Shown here: piece after piece, positions 1-12,299 of the stretch | Layout of the letters: each line of letters begins with the position of its first letter | Position numbering within the stretch: position 1 is the stretch's first letter | Source: Chiloscyllium plagiosum | Lineage: Eukaryota | Direction of reading: 5' to 3' | Assembly (NCBI RefSeq): GCF_004010195.1 | Contig: NC_057719.1 | Location: 76,614,849-76,678,848, forward strand | DNA: 64,000 nt | Notes under the pieces: model-generated | Databases searched by the model: none | What the model was told of the DNA's origin: nothing | Seen by the model: the letters and a program-made list of their open reading frames with translations, nothing else | Program-made: the position numbers and the translations under genes

Positions 1-264
1 GCCATGGTCTAAAACAAATTGTTCCTTCACCTAATGTAATATATAGAAGCCCTGCTTGCTGAGGAGCGATGGGAGCAATTTCTAGTCTGTTTATTAAAAA
101 TTAAGTATGAAATAATCGAATGGTTCTATTAGCTGTTCTACATTTTCTGCACGCTGAAGTGTAACTGGAAGATACAATTCCAATATACAATATTAAATTC
201 ACAATTGGAATGGTAAATTTCATAAAGAATATTTATCTGCATTGATTAAGCATGTTTAAACAAT

Positions 265-857
265 TGTGACAAACGTGTTCCTTTGACAAGGTTAGATTGT
301 CCTTGGTATTTTTCAGAGAAGCTCTAAATGATCCAAGGCTCTATCGAAGCTGGGTTTGAAAAGCTTATTGGGGCCCTTTTTGTTTACCCCTAATAGATAA
401 TGCCTCTGGCCTAAGCCTTTCATGTCTTGAAAAAAAAACTGATACAATAAAAGGGGCGTGGCCAGCTAGCTGTGTAGCTAGCCTTCATTTAGATTAGAGT
501 TCATTGCAGCAGCGTATGTGTGAAAAAGGCTGCTAAACTCTCGCCTCTGGCTTGAAACCTGTAAGGTTTTTGTGGCATTTTTAATCTTTGTGTGGAGGGG
601 TCTGTATATCGGGATTATTGCAAGTATCTTTGGAACAGCATCATTAAGTCAGGACGGTCTGTCGGGTTTGGATATCCGGTAATCTATTTTCTGTTCTTTG
701 TGTTTCATTCTATAATGTTGTGAATAAATTCTGTTTGTTTAAAACTTGGCAGTCAGACTAACTGATTCACTCTGGGAATATCCACGATACACTTATCAAA
801 ACAAATAACAAAGTTACGCTTAAAAATGTTTTCAGGGGTTGGGCCTGGTTCATAATA
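265..857 (+). mobile_element. Solo LTR related to the LTR of the Gmr1-type Gypsy element at 59201-63203
   Basis: Starts TGTGAC, ends CATAATA (CA decayed to TA), flanked by 4-bp TSD CAAT (261-264, 858-861). Both ends and the AATAAA region align by eye with 62579-63203. Confidence 0.85.
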
Positions 858-1074
858 CAATGGGAAGAGCCAAAACACTCACCATATTAAAATGTTGTAC
901 TGACTCCGAGGCATGTATGCAGTTGTAAGTTTTAAAGTTTCATCTGAGTTATGAAGCACCAATCACAAGTTAGTAATTCCTAAATAAAGTTAAAAAAAAA
1001 TGTAGATTGTGTTTATACATATTTTTAACCTAAGAAGGGGTTTGTAGACCAAAAGAGACTTTTTTTTTAACAAG

Positions 1075-1500
1075 GAAAGAATAATTTGCATTTGTGTATC
1101 ACTTAACATGACCACTGCTTTAAATCCCATTAAGAACTTGTTTGAAGTGTAATTACTGCTGTAATGTAGGAAACCTGGCAGCCAATTTGTGCACTGCAGT
1201 CTCCCACAGACAACAATGTGATAAGAATGGCCAGATTATTTTGTTTTAGAGGTGTTGACTGAGGCCTAAGTATTAGTCAGGGCACAAATGAGAAATCCCC
1301 TACTCTTTCATGTGTGCTGCACAATTTCATACATTGAGCAAGCAGGCACAGCCTCAGTTTTAACATCTCAACCAAAACGTAGCACCATCTACAGTGTAGC
1401 ATTCCCTCAGTGCTACAATGGGGTGCCAGCCTTGGTTTATGCGCTGAACTCCTGCAGAGAGACTTAAGTGCTGAATTTTGTATCTCAGAGAGGGAAGATC
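1075..1500 (-). mobile_element. Deu-domain SINE (SacSINE1/AmnSINE1-like)
   Basis: Reverse complement resembles the recalled Deu core (…CACTGAGGGAATGCTACACTGT…, CACAAATTGGCTGCCAGGTTTCCTACATTACA) with an L2-like tail. Confidence 0.8.
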
Positions 1501-1537
1501 TGTCAGTCCTGAAGATTGCACTGATACAAAGGGAATA

Positions 1538-1613
1538 TTGTGTGTGGTGGGTGTGTGTGTGTATGGGTGTGTGTGTATAGGGGGTGGGGGGGAGGGGGGG
1601 AGGGGAGGAGGGC
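1538..1613. repeat. (GT)n microsatellite followed by G-tracts
   Basis: Directly visible GTGT repeats, then G5-G8 runs. Confidence 0.9.
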
Positions 1614-2264
1614 GTGGAGCATGCAATGGCAAATGATGTACCATCTGATGTCAGGCACTTCATAATGCAGAGGGTCCATGCCACCACATGCCAAGGGAGC
1701 TTGGAGGGCATGAAATTGATCAAACATACTCAGTGGTTCAGGAAAAGGTAGCCATACACTTCATTCCTTATCACACAGAGTGCAGGAGTGATGCCCTCAG
1801 TCAGAGAAAAAAAAGGTTACATGGAATTTACAATGTGTTGTCTTATAATTCACAGCTAGAATGCCTTTTATATTATTGTGATACCATCACCATACCATTG
1901 CTTGTGACATGATGGTATGATGGGCTGTTTCCATCTTGCTAAGGTCACTTACAGCATGACACCCTGAGGGAAGACTGTATTACTAAGTACTAGTCCATAC
2001 ATGCCTGTGATTGTGATGTAAATATAAATACCAGAAGCTATAATAAATATCTCTACTTTTTCAGTGCTACGTGACTCAGGTCTGGTTCTTATGTGAAAGG
2101 GGCTAACAAAAATATCACCTTGTCAGATACAAGTACCCTGCAGAAGGTCAAAAGGCCATTACTGCATCAACAACAGATCATGAGGGCATTAATTTGTGTT
2201 CCACCAGGTCCATCAAACTCTTAGCCTCATTACAGCTTGGGCTGTGAACTATCAAGGCACCAAA

Positions 2265-2870
2265 TATGAACTAAGAGTTGAACTCCAGATGTGAGATGAG
2301 GGTGACTGCCCTTGACATCAAGTATGCATTTGACCATGTATAGAATCAGGGAGATATAGCAAACCAGACTCAAAGGGAAAATCTTTCCATTGGTTGGAGT
2401 CATATCTAGTACAAAGTAAGATAGTTGTCATTGTTGTAAGTCAATTATCTCAGCTCCAGGATATCTCTACAGGAATTATTCAGATTAACATCTTTGGTCC
2501 AAACATCTTCAGCTACTTCTGTCCATCATAACGTCAGAACTGGGGAAGTTTGCTGACAGATTAGCATTGACCAGGAATTGAACGGCACCAGCCATATAAA
2601 TACTGTGGCTATAAGAGCAGTCCACCAGCTAGAAACTCTTGCAATGAATAACTCACTTCCTGTCTCTCCCATGCCTGCCCACAAGATACAAATCCCAGGA
2701 ATGTTTTGGAATACTCTCCAGTTGCCTGGATGGGCTGGACAGGTGCACCTCCAATAACACTCAAAAGCTTGACACCATCCAGAACAATTCAGCTGACTTG
2801 ACTTGTACCCCGTCCATCACTTACAACATTTATTCCCTTCACCACCAATGCTTAGTAGAAGCAGTGTGTG
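2265..2870 (+). mobile_element. Old CR1/L2-group LINE RT fragment ('family B')
   Basis: GAGGGTGACTGCCCTTGACATCAAG (V-T-A-L-D-I-K RT motif) and AAGCTTGACACCATCCAG; homologous to 30570-31590. Confidence 0.7.
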
Positions 2871-3339
2871 TAATGAAGTACAATCAAGAGAATGTAACAG
2901 GGCATAACCATTTAAACTCCAAGTTTGAAGTTAAGGGCCCCTTTCAAGTGAAAAATAAATACGATTCCAGATCTTTGTGATATACTTCAGTCCCTCTGGA
3001 GTCAGGAATTGTGGAAGGTCTACACACTATACCACATGCTTCCTCTCCAGGAGTGCTAGGATGTAGACATAGAGAACAAAGAAAAGGAGACAACTGTGAT
3101 GGCTCCCTTAAATGTGCGCTGGACCTTAGCTAGGCCAGAACCAACTCATGGTATGAGCAGGCCCTCTAACTCTCTCTCTGTTCCACTCTGTACTGATTGG
3201 CAAAAGATCAAAAGCATGGGATTAAAATACAGCCAGAAATCGAGGAGCAGCCCTTTAAAATAACAGAAGAGATTTTGCAAACCTTGCAAACTCTGGATGG
3301 ACTTCAGAAGGGCGTGGGTATTTCAGTTCATCCATGGTT

Positions 3340-3660
3340 TCTGGTTGGAGAACACTCAGATTAATATCTTTGGCATGCAATCCTCATTAACAAACTCTGT
3401 GACGGTGGGGGTATACCCATTTAGGTTGGCGGCTGAGTACTTGAATATGAACCAGTCCGTTGACTCCAAGCAATCACATAAGAGTTCATCTGTTACCTCA
3501 GACCAACACTGTTTGACTTTCTGTATCGGGTCCTCATGCTTCCCTTTTAGCTTGTATGCCAACAGATGGAGCACAGCCATATGGTCTGATTTAGCAAAAT
3601 GAAGGTGGGGAATTGAGCGGTAAGTGTCTTTGATGGCAGCATAGAGAGCATTCAGGGACT
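3340..3660 (-). mobile_element. Rex1/Babar LINE ORF fragment (endonuclease-RT linker)
   Basis: Minus translation KSDHMAVLHLLAY…QCWSEVTDELLCDCLESTDWFIFKYSAANLN…EDCMPK is typical of Rex1. Confidence 0.8.
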
Positions 3661-4067
3661 TTTTTTAAACTGGGTAGCAACCTCAGACCTAGTTGGCATG
3701 GTCTGGTGTCATGGCCTCCATTGATGGTCCTGGAGGAAGAGTAAATTCTGCCTCTGCACCAGCCCATCCAAAAGGGCCTCCAGCCAGGAGTCTGCCTACA
3801 AAGTGGGGCACTGATCTCTCCCTTGTCTGTTATGTCAGGGGCAAATATCAGTAACTGGTCAGAAATCAGACATGAAAGTCACCATAAGGGTGTGGTAGAT
3901 AATTAATGAAGAAAGTTGAGTAAGATAGTGTGAACAAATTTTATAAACTTCTATGAGGTCAGCCCTCAGCCTCTGACCCTCCAGAGACCTACAGTGAATT
4001 CCCCAGCCCATTCGGATAAGATGTGTGTTGATGCTAAACACCACATTGTAAGTACTGCCCCCCCCCC

Positions 4068-4375
4068 GGGGCTGCACGATGGCTCAGTGGTTCGTACTGC
4101 TGCCTCACAGTGCCCCAGGAACCCGGGTTCGAGTCCCACCTCGAGTCTGTGTGGAGTTTGTACATACTCCCTGTGTCTGCATGGGTTTCCTCCCACAATT
4201 CAAAGATGTGCAGGTTAGGTGAATTGGCCACGCTAAATTACCCATACTGTTAGGTGCGTTAGTCAGGGGTAAATATAGGGTAGGGGAATAGGTCTGGGTG
4301 GGGTACTCTTTGGAGGGTCGGTGTGGACTTGTTGGGCTGAAGGGACTGTTTCCACACTGTAGGGAATCTAACCTA
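4068..4375 (+). mobile_element. HE1-type tRNA-derived SINE
   Basis: A box TGGCTCAGTGG, B box GGTTCGAGTCC, V-SINE body, CR1-like tail ending in TCTAA. Confidence 0.9.
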
Positions 4376-4532
4376 GTCAAACTCATTAGTGAGAAACTCC
4401 CCATAACACTTGACACAACTAGATTTAGTCAAAAGAAAGGTTCAACTCTATGTCTGACTTACAAGGCACTCTTCTAATGAGATCACAAGTTGGTTATCCC
4501 TCATTCTCAATAGATCACACAGTCTCTTGAGG

Positions 4533-5005
4533 TATTGGGGGCAGTACTTACAATGTGGTGTTTAGTCTCAGCACACATCTTATCTGAATGGGCTGGGGGT
4601 GTCACTGTAGGTCCCTGTAGGGTAAGAGGTTGAGGGCTGACCTCATAAAAGTTTTTTAAATAATGAGGAAAGGGTGAATAGTCAAAGGCTTTTCCTCAGG
4701 GCAGGGGATATCAAAACTAGAGGGCATAGATTAAAGATGAGAGGGGAAAGATTTAAAAGGTAACTAAAGTGCAACGTTTTCACACAGAGGGTGGTGCATG
4801 TATGGAATGAGCTGCCAGAGGAAGTGGTGGAGGCTGGTACAATTACAGCATTTAAAAAGGCATCTGGATGGGTATATGAATAGGAAGGAATTGGAGGGAT
4901 ACGGCCAAATTCTGGCATATGGGACTAGTTTAACGTAGGTTATCTGGTCAGCGTGGACGGTTTGGACCGAAGGGTGTGTTTCAATACTGTATATCTCTAT
5001 GACTA
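4533..5005 (+). mobile_element. 5'-truncated CR1 (HER1-like) 3' end with 10-bp TSD
   Basis: RT C-terminal coding remnant and CTCTATGACT tail; TCTCTTGAGG at 4523-4532 and 5006-5015. Confidence 0.85.
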
Positions 5006-5088
5006 TCTCTTGAGGCACAAAGCTTTAACAGAGCAGAGACATTATGGTCCCCTACCATAGTCAGGTCATTCCCTAATTCTGGATTAGT

Positions 5089-5303
5089 AGAAAGTGAGGA
5101 TGTAGATGCTGGAGATCAGAGTTGAGAGTGTGGTGCTGGAAATGCACAGCAGGTCATTCAGCATCCAAGGAGCAGAAAATTGATGTTTTGGGCATAAGCC
5201 CTTCATCAGCCATTCCTGATGAAAGGTTTATGCCTGAAACGTCGCTTCTCCTGCTCCTCGGATGCTGCCTGACTTTCTGAGCTTTTCCAGCACGACACTC
5301 TCG
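5089..5303. mobile_element. Inverted pair of Penelope pseudo-LTR fragments
   Basis: Arms are reverse complements around ~5212 and match the pLTR next to the GIY-YIG fragment at 58611-58740. Confidence 0.85.
5216..5243 (+). ncRNA. Minimal type I hammerhead ribozyme motif
   Basis: CTGATGA-A-AGGT-TTAT-GCCT-GAAAC-GTC: conserved boxes plus stem II with one wobble. Confidence 0.7.
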
Positions 5304-6104
5304 ATACCTTGTGGATTACCCATCAATAATATTCTGATCATCTTCCTTTCCCTTTTTCATCAAACTACTATTTTCTCCCTGCTTACTGATTCCATATTAC
5401 TCATGACTTTGGATGTACACCTTTACATAAGTTCTTCCAATGTAAAGCCAAGTATTGGTACCTATGTGTCAAAGTATTGAGATCGGGTCTACAGGATTAA
5501 CAAACAATGAATAATGAGAATAGCAGTTCAAAACTATCAGCTTATCCTCCCTTTGAACACTCATCCTTATATGAAAGGATCTTACATTTTCAGCCATGCT
5601 CCTCATAGGCTACAGCAAAAAAGATCAAATTCTTCTAAGTTTACAGAAAGCTGAGTAATTTCTTTGAATATTCAGTCGAATATTGCTCAGAGATTGCTTC
5701 ACAACATTAAGAAAAAAAAACTGACAGAGGCAAGCCTGCAGTTTTTATTTTGATTACATTTTAAGTCATATATATAATAATTTATACCAGTGTAGTATTT
5801 CCAGACTGACTTGGGTTAATACCACTGAAGCTTGAAATGGTTTACTACTAAACTTACTTTGTCATCTGAAGGATCTCAGACCATAATGAGATTTTTAATT
5901 CTATAGACTCTGATTCCATCATTCTCTGGAATTTATAGAACACTTTTGTATATACAAGAGATGGATTGAGAAAGACACATAAAATAGAAGACAAGAGAAT
6001 AATGAGAAGCAAATAAAAGACAGGAAAGAAGTGAAAGAGAGAAAACGAAAGAGAAAAACAGAGGAAAAAAGGTGAAAAAGGAAAAGAAAGAAACAGCAAG
6101 CTAA

Positions 6105-6385
6105 GTTTTGATTTAGTTTGATTTATTGTTGTCACGTGTACCTACGTACAATGAAAAGTTTTGTTCTGCATGCAGTACAGGCAGATTATAACATACAAGG
6201 ACATACAGATCATAGGATGATTGAATAGAATGAGCCATACAAAGTTACAACTGTACAAGAGATGTACAAAAGCAAGATCAATATTCGATTTGAAATTTGA
6301 GAGTCCATTCAGTAGTCTAATAACAGCAGGGAAGAAGCTGTTCTTGAAACTGTTGGTATGTGTATTTAAGCTTTTGTATCTTCTG
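6105..6385 (-). mobile_element. Rex1/Babar LINE 3' end
   Basis: Minus translation TNSFKNSFFPAVIRLLNGL, then …GTACACGTGACAACAATAAA tail. Confidence 0.8.
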
Positions 6386-7019
6386 GAGGAGAGTGAGACA
6401 AAGTGTTGCCCAACTTCTTTTGGAAGAGCAAAGGCAGCAATCTTCAGGAGTTGTACTAATTAAGATAAAAATTCTTGGGAAGATTTTAAAAATAGAATAA
6501 GAGATTGACAAATGGGTATTAGGTGAGGCTTCATACAAAGCAGTAAGTGGGAAAAGGAAATAAATCAGGAGCAAGCATACTTTTATTGATGTTTTAAAAA
6601 TGGTAAGTAAACTGTAATTCACAACCAAAGATTTGTTGTTAGCCTGCACATTCCTCAGTTGGAATTAAGAGATTTCCATCAGTTATGGAACTTCCAATAG
6701 TGTAGACGTTTGAATCGATCAATCTCCTCTTCAAGAATGAAGATCTTTGGCAACTAGTTGTTCTCCTTATTTGAAAACACCCATGCATTCTAATTTGGTC
6801 TATTTTATTTTGTGGCTTAATTGTTATTTATAATGCGACATTGACAAATTTGACTTGCAGATATTCAACATTCAAATGCTTCAGGTTTTAATGAAGAGAT
6901 AAAATGTTAATCCATCTTGTTCACTCTTTTTTGCTTTATTCATGATGACTCTTGATCAACTGGGATTCTATGATACTAAGTTGAAAGTGTTGCTATCTTA
7001 ACTGCATTGAACACACCCA

Positions 7020-7445
7020 TGTTGAATGCATACTTGGACATGACCAAAGCCTTATGGACATGGCAAACAGAACTGGAGGTTTGCTTCACATCTTTGATAG
7101 TAGGAAAATTTCAAATCGAATGACGTACCACTTTCCACCACACAGGCTATCGTGAAATGAGCAGATGACAGTGACCATCATGTTATTGTACAGAATCTTT
7201 CACAGGACCTCCTAGTCTGCAGTATCAAAGATCTTGATCATGTCAATGAACACCATATACAGGTTCTTTTACTGTTCAAGGGACATTTTTTTGAGGTTGA
7301 CACACTCAAATATCATGCACAGAACCATACTGAGATTCTGGCACCAGCGTGTAAAAGGTGAGTGACAATCTGATTAACAATAACCCTTGTAAGATATTTT
7401 CCTGCTCTTGAAAGAAGTAATATTTCACAGTGATTGTCACCAATG
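7020..7445 (-). mobile_element. RTE-clade LINE RT fragment (probably continues 7750-8140)
   Basis: Minus translation GDNHCEILLLSRAGKYLTRVIVN resembles RTE CDNHRGISLLSIAGKILARVILN; downstream LYMVFIDMIKIFDT resembles RT domain A. Confidence 0.7.
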
Positions 7446-7451
7446 GACTTC

Positions 7452-7749
7452 ATAGAATACTTATAGTATGGAATCAGGCCATTCAGCCCATCGAGGCCAC
7501 ATTGACTCTCCAAAAACATCCCACCCAGACCCATCCCCTACTGTATTCCTGTATTTCTGCACATCCCTGGGCACTGTGGGCACTTTAAACCAGCCAATTC
7601 ATCTTTGGACTGTGAGAGCACCCAGAGGAAATCCATGCAGACTTGGGGAGAATGAACAAACTCCGCACAGACAGTCGCCCAAGGGTGGACTCAAACCTGG
7701 GTCCTTGCTGTGAGGCAGCAGTGCTAACCACCGAGTGACCGCGCCACCC
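7452..7749 (-). mobile_element. HE1-type SINE
   Basis: Reverse-complement match to 4068-4375. Confidence 0.85.
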
Positions 7750-8164
7750 CATTTGCTCCCTGTATATTAGTGAGATGCAATAGGAAACCATCTTTGCAGA
7801 CTTGACCCTGGACAAGGTAAAAGAGATTTGTGAGTTTCCTACCTATGTGAATCTCTCCAGACTTAAATACTTCGGTAGTATGCAGTCAGCTCCTAGTGAT
7901 TTACCCATGCAAAGTTGCTTTATTGCTTTCATAACTTCTGCTTGAGAAGAATGGAGAGCAAGCTCTTTCAGAGTGTGGTGCTTAGAAAGTGTCTCTGTAA
8001 TATCATCGTTCAGTATATATTATTGGTTTGGGAGATCACTGAAGTCATCTGCCAAACAAGAGTGAGAATCTCAGGCTTATTTGTGAAGTACTGGTTGACA
8101 ATTGCTGAGAGGATGGGTGTCACACCATTGGGTTTGAAGCCATAAATTGATCACACAAGACTCA

Positions 8165-8350
8165 TGTATAGCATTTTGGTCATTGAGTTTAGGAGTTGGG
8201 AGGTCATATTGTGGTTGTACAGGACATTGGTTAGGCCACTTTTGGAATATTGTGTGCCATTCTGCTCTCCCTCCTATAGGAAGAATATTGTGAAACTGGA
8301 AAGGGAACAGAAATGATTTACGAGGATTTTTCCAGGACTCGGGGGCTTTG
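8165..8350 (+). mobile_element. CR1 ORF2 fragment
   Basis: Encodes WLYRTLVRPLLEYCV-type motif, as at 48130-48200. Confidence 0.8.
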
Positions 8351-8579
8351 AACTGATTTGAGCTTTTAAATCAGGTGAGTCACTGATTTGTGCTTTTAAA
8401 TTTGAAGGCAGAGAGCAGGAGTTTTCTGGGAAAAGATGGACTTCTTATTTTTGTTTCCGTCCAGATATATAAGTCAGTGCTTTGTAGGGCCTTCCACCCA
8501 AACACTCCTCTAACCTTAAAGACCAGGGACATACCAGGTGCCAGGGTCCATGATGTCTCGGATGTTTTACTTTGTTATA

Positions 8580-9500
8580 AGGGGACTAGCAGGGATAGCA
8601 GTGCAGGAAGAGCAATGTTCCTCCTGCATGATGTTTGAGGTGAGGGACGCCATTGGTGTCCCATCCAAGTACATCTGCAGGAAGTGCACCCAACTCTCGC
8701 TCCTCCAAGACTGTGTTAGGGAACTGGAGCGGGGGCTGGATGAACTTTGGATCATTCAGGAGGCAGAGGCAGTGATAGATAAGAGTTACAGGGAAGTAGT
8801 TACTCCGAGGCACGAAGAAAGCTGGGTGACTGTTCGAAAGGGGAAAAAACAGTCAGTGGAGGGATCCCCTGTGGTCGTTCCCCTGAAAAACATGTATGCC
8901 GTTTTGGATACAGTTGATGGGGATGACTTACCAGGGGTATGCAGTGGGGCCCAGGTCTCTGGCACAGAGCCTGACACTGTTGCACAGAAGGGATGGGGGG
9001 AAAGGAGGAGAGTGTTAGTCACTGGGGACTCGATAGTTAGAGGCTCAGATAGAAGGTTTGTTGGGAACAAACGAGACTCATGGTTGGTGTGTTGCCTCCC
9101 AGGTGCCAGGGTCCATGATGTCTCGGATTGTATCTTTAGGGTCCTGAAGGAAGTCATTGTCCATGTAGGTACCAATGACATAGGTAGAAAGAGGGATGGG
9201 GATGTAAGGCAGGATTTCAGGGAACTAGGGTGGAAGCTGAGAGCTCGAATAAATTGAGTTGTTATCTCTGGTTTGTTACCCGTGCCACGTGATAGCGAGG
9301 CAAAGAATAGGGAGAGATATCAGCTGAACATGTGGCTGCAAGGATGGTGCAGGAGGGAAGGTTTCAGGTTCTTGGATAATTGGGGCTCATTCTGGAGAAG
9401 GTGGGACTTATACAAACAGGACGGTCTTCACTTGAAACAGAGGGGTACTAATATCCTGGGTGGGAAATTTGTTGGTGCTATTCAAGTGGGTTTAAACTAG
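8580..9500 (+). pseudogene. CR1 ORF1 (Cys zinc finger, coiled coil, SGNH/GDSL esterase), disrupted
   Basis: CSSC…CRKC, GDSIVR, HVGTNDIG, DGLH motifs; stop at 9255-9257. Confidence 0.9.
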
Positions 9501-9599
9501 CTCAGCAGGGGGATGGGAACTGGAGGTGTAGTTGCCGTGCACAGGAGGATGAGAGTAGGAAAGTACAGGATTTCAGGGTCACAGGAATATGCTGGCAGA

Positions 9600-11493
9600 C
9601 AGCAAAGTGGTTTGAAGTGTGTCTACTTCAATGCCAGAAGTATCCGAAATGAGGTAGGTGAGCTTGCTGCATGGATAGGTACCTGGGACTTCGATGTTGT
9701 GGCCATTTCGGAGACATGGAGAGAGCAGGGTGAGGAATGGATGTTGCAGGTTCCAGGGTTTAGATATTTCATTAAGAACAGGCAAGGCGGTAAAAGAAGG
9801 GGAGGCATGGTCTTGTTAGTCAAGGATAGTATAACGGTGGCTGAGAGAAATTTTGATGAGGAATCATCCACTGAGGTAGTGTGGGCTAATGTTAGAAACA
9901 GGAGAGGAGAGGTCACATTGCTTGGAGTTTTTTATAGGCCTCCGCAGAGTTCCAGGGAGGTGGAAGAGAGGATTAGCAAAATTATTCGGAGTAGGAGTGA
10001 AAGGAACAGGGTGGTCATTATGGGGGACTTTAACTTCCCCAACATTGACTGGAAATGCTATAACTCTAGTCCATCGGATGGATCAGTTTTTGTCCAATGT
10101 GTACGATGGGGCAAGGGCAATTATAATGCGATTAGGCAAGAATTAGGATGCATAGAATGGGGTAGCAAAATGCAGGGGATGCAGACAATGGAAATGTGGA
10201 GCTGGTTTAAGGAACAGATATTGCGTGTCCTTAATAGGTATGTTCCTGTCAAGCAGGGAGGAAGTGATAAGGTAAGGGAACCGTGGTTTACTGCAGAAAT
10301 TGCATCTCTTGTTAAGAAGAAGAAGGAGGCTTATTTGTTGATGAGGCAAGATGGTACAGATGAGGCAATGGAGAGTTACAGATCAACTAGAAAGGATTTA
10401 AAGAGAGAGTTAAGAAGAGCAAAGAGAGGACACGAGCAGTCTTTAGCAAATAGAATAAAGAAGAACCCTAAAGCTTTCCCTAGGTATGTGAGGAATAAAA
10501 GGATGATTAGGGTAGGAATAGGGCCAATCAAATGAAGTGGGAAGTTAAGTGTGGACCCTGTGGAGATCGGAGAGGTGTAAATGAACATTTCTCATCGGTT
10601 TTCACTCAGGAAAAGGAGAATATTGTAGAGGAGAAGAATGAGGTACGAGATATTAGACTAGAAAGGATCGAGGTTAGTTACGAACAGGTGTTATCAATTC
10701 TAAAAGGAGTGAAAATAGACAAGTCCTCTGGGCCAGATGGGATTTATCCGAGGAATCTCTGAGAAGCTAGGGAGGAGATAGCAGAGTCTTTGGCTTTGAT
10801 ATTTGCGTCGTCATTGTCTACAGGTTTGGTACCAGAGGACTGGAGGATTGCAAATGTTGTGCCCTTGTTCAAGAAGGGCAGTAGAGATGACCCAGGTAGT
10901 TATAGACCAGTGAGCCCTAGGAAAGATTTTGGAAAGGATTATAAGAGATAAGATTTATAATCATCTGGCAAGCAATAATTTGATTTCAGATATTCAACAT
11001 GGTTTCGTCAAGGGCAGATTGTGTCTCACAAACCTCATTGAGTTTTTTGAGAAGGTGACCAAGCATGTAGATGAGGATAGGGCAGTTGACGTGGTACACA
11101 TGAACTTCAGTAAAACCTTTCATAAGGTTCAACATGGTAGGCTGTTGGAGAAAATGCAGAGGCATGAAATTGAGGGTGATTTAGCAGTTTGGATTAGAAA
11201 CTGGCTTTCTGAAAAAAGTCAGCGAGTGGTGGTTGATGGAATATAATTAGCCTGGAGTCTGGTTACTAGTGCGCCACAAGGATCTGTTTTGGGACCACTA
11301 CTATTTGTCATTTTTATAAATGACTTAGACACAGGCATAGGTGGATGGATTAGTAAATTTGCAGACGACACTAAAGTCGGTGGAGTAGTGGACAGTGTGG
11401 AAGAATGTTGCAGGTTGCAGGGGACTTGGATAAACTGCAGAATTGGACTGAGAGGTGGCAAATGGAGTTCAATGCAGCTAAATGTGAGGTGAT
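9600..11493 (+). pseudogene. CR1 ORF2 (APE endonuclease plus RT), frameshifted and internally deleted
   Basis: [54 protein letters not shown]; several stops and frameshifts. Confidence 0.92.
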
Positions 11494-12299
11494 NNNNNNN
11501 NNNNNNNNNNNNNNNNNNNNNNNNNNNNNNNNNNNNNNNNNNNNNNNNNNNNNNNNNNNNNNNNNNNNNNNNNNNNNNNNNNNNNNNNNNNNNNNNNNNN
11601 NNNNNNNNNNNNNNNNNNNNNNNNNNNNNNNNNNNNNNNNNNNNNNNNNNNNNNNNNNNNNNNNNNNNNNNNNNNNNNNNNNNNNNNNNNNNNNNNNNNN
11701 NNNNNNNNNNNNNNNNNNNNNNNNNNNNNNNNNNNNNNNNNNNNNNNNNNNNNNNNNNNNNNNNNNNNNNNNNNNNNNNNNNNNNNNNNNNNNNNNNNNN
11801 NNNNNNNNNNNNNNNNNNNNNNNNNNNNNNNNNNNNNNNNNNNNNNNNNNNNNNNNNNNNNNNNNNNNNNNNNNNNNNNNNNNNNNNNNNNNNNNNNNNN
11901 NNNNNNNNNNNNNNNNNNNNNNNNNNNNNNNNNNNNNNNNNNNNNNNNNNNNNNNNNNNNNNNNNNNNNNNNNNNNNNNNNNNNNNNNNNNNNNNNNNNN
12001 NNNNNNNNNNNNNNNNNNNNNNNNNNNNNNNNNNNNNNNNNNNNNNNNNNNNNNNNNNNNNNNNNNNNNNNNNNNNNNNNNNNNNNNNNNNNNNNNNNNN
12101 NNNNNNNNNNNNNNNNNNNNNNNNNNNNNNNNNNNNNNNNNNNNNNNNNNNNNNNNNNNNNNNNNNNNNNNNNNNNNNNNNNNNNNNNNNNNNNNNNNNN
12201 NNNNNNNNNNNNNNNNNNNNNNNNNNNNNNNNNNNNNNNNNNNNNNNNNNNNNNNNNNNNNNNNNNNNNNNNNNNNNNNNNNNNNNNNNNNNNNNNNNN
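11494..12299. other. Assembly gap (806 N)
   Basis: Run of n. Confidence 1.

Noticed and set aside
1277..1723. Pro/His/Thr-rich ORFs
   Set aside because: Translation of the (GT)n/G-run microsatellite and a Deu-SINE.
4068..4140. tRNA-like A/B boxes here and in other copies
   Set aside because: They are SINE heads followed by V-domain and LINE tails, not tRNA genes.
8538..10535. ORFs 8538-9257 and 9513-10535 as functional genes
   Set aside because: Broken CR1 ORF1 and ORF2 with stop, deletion and frameshifts.
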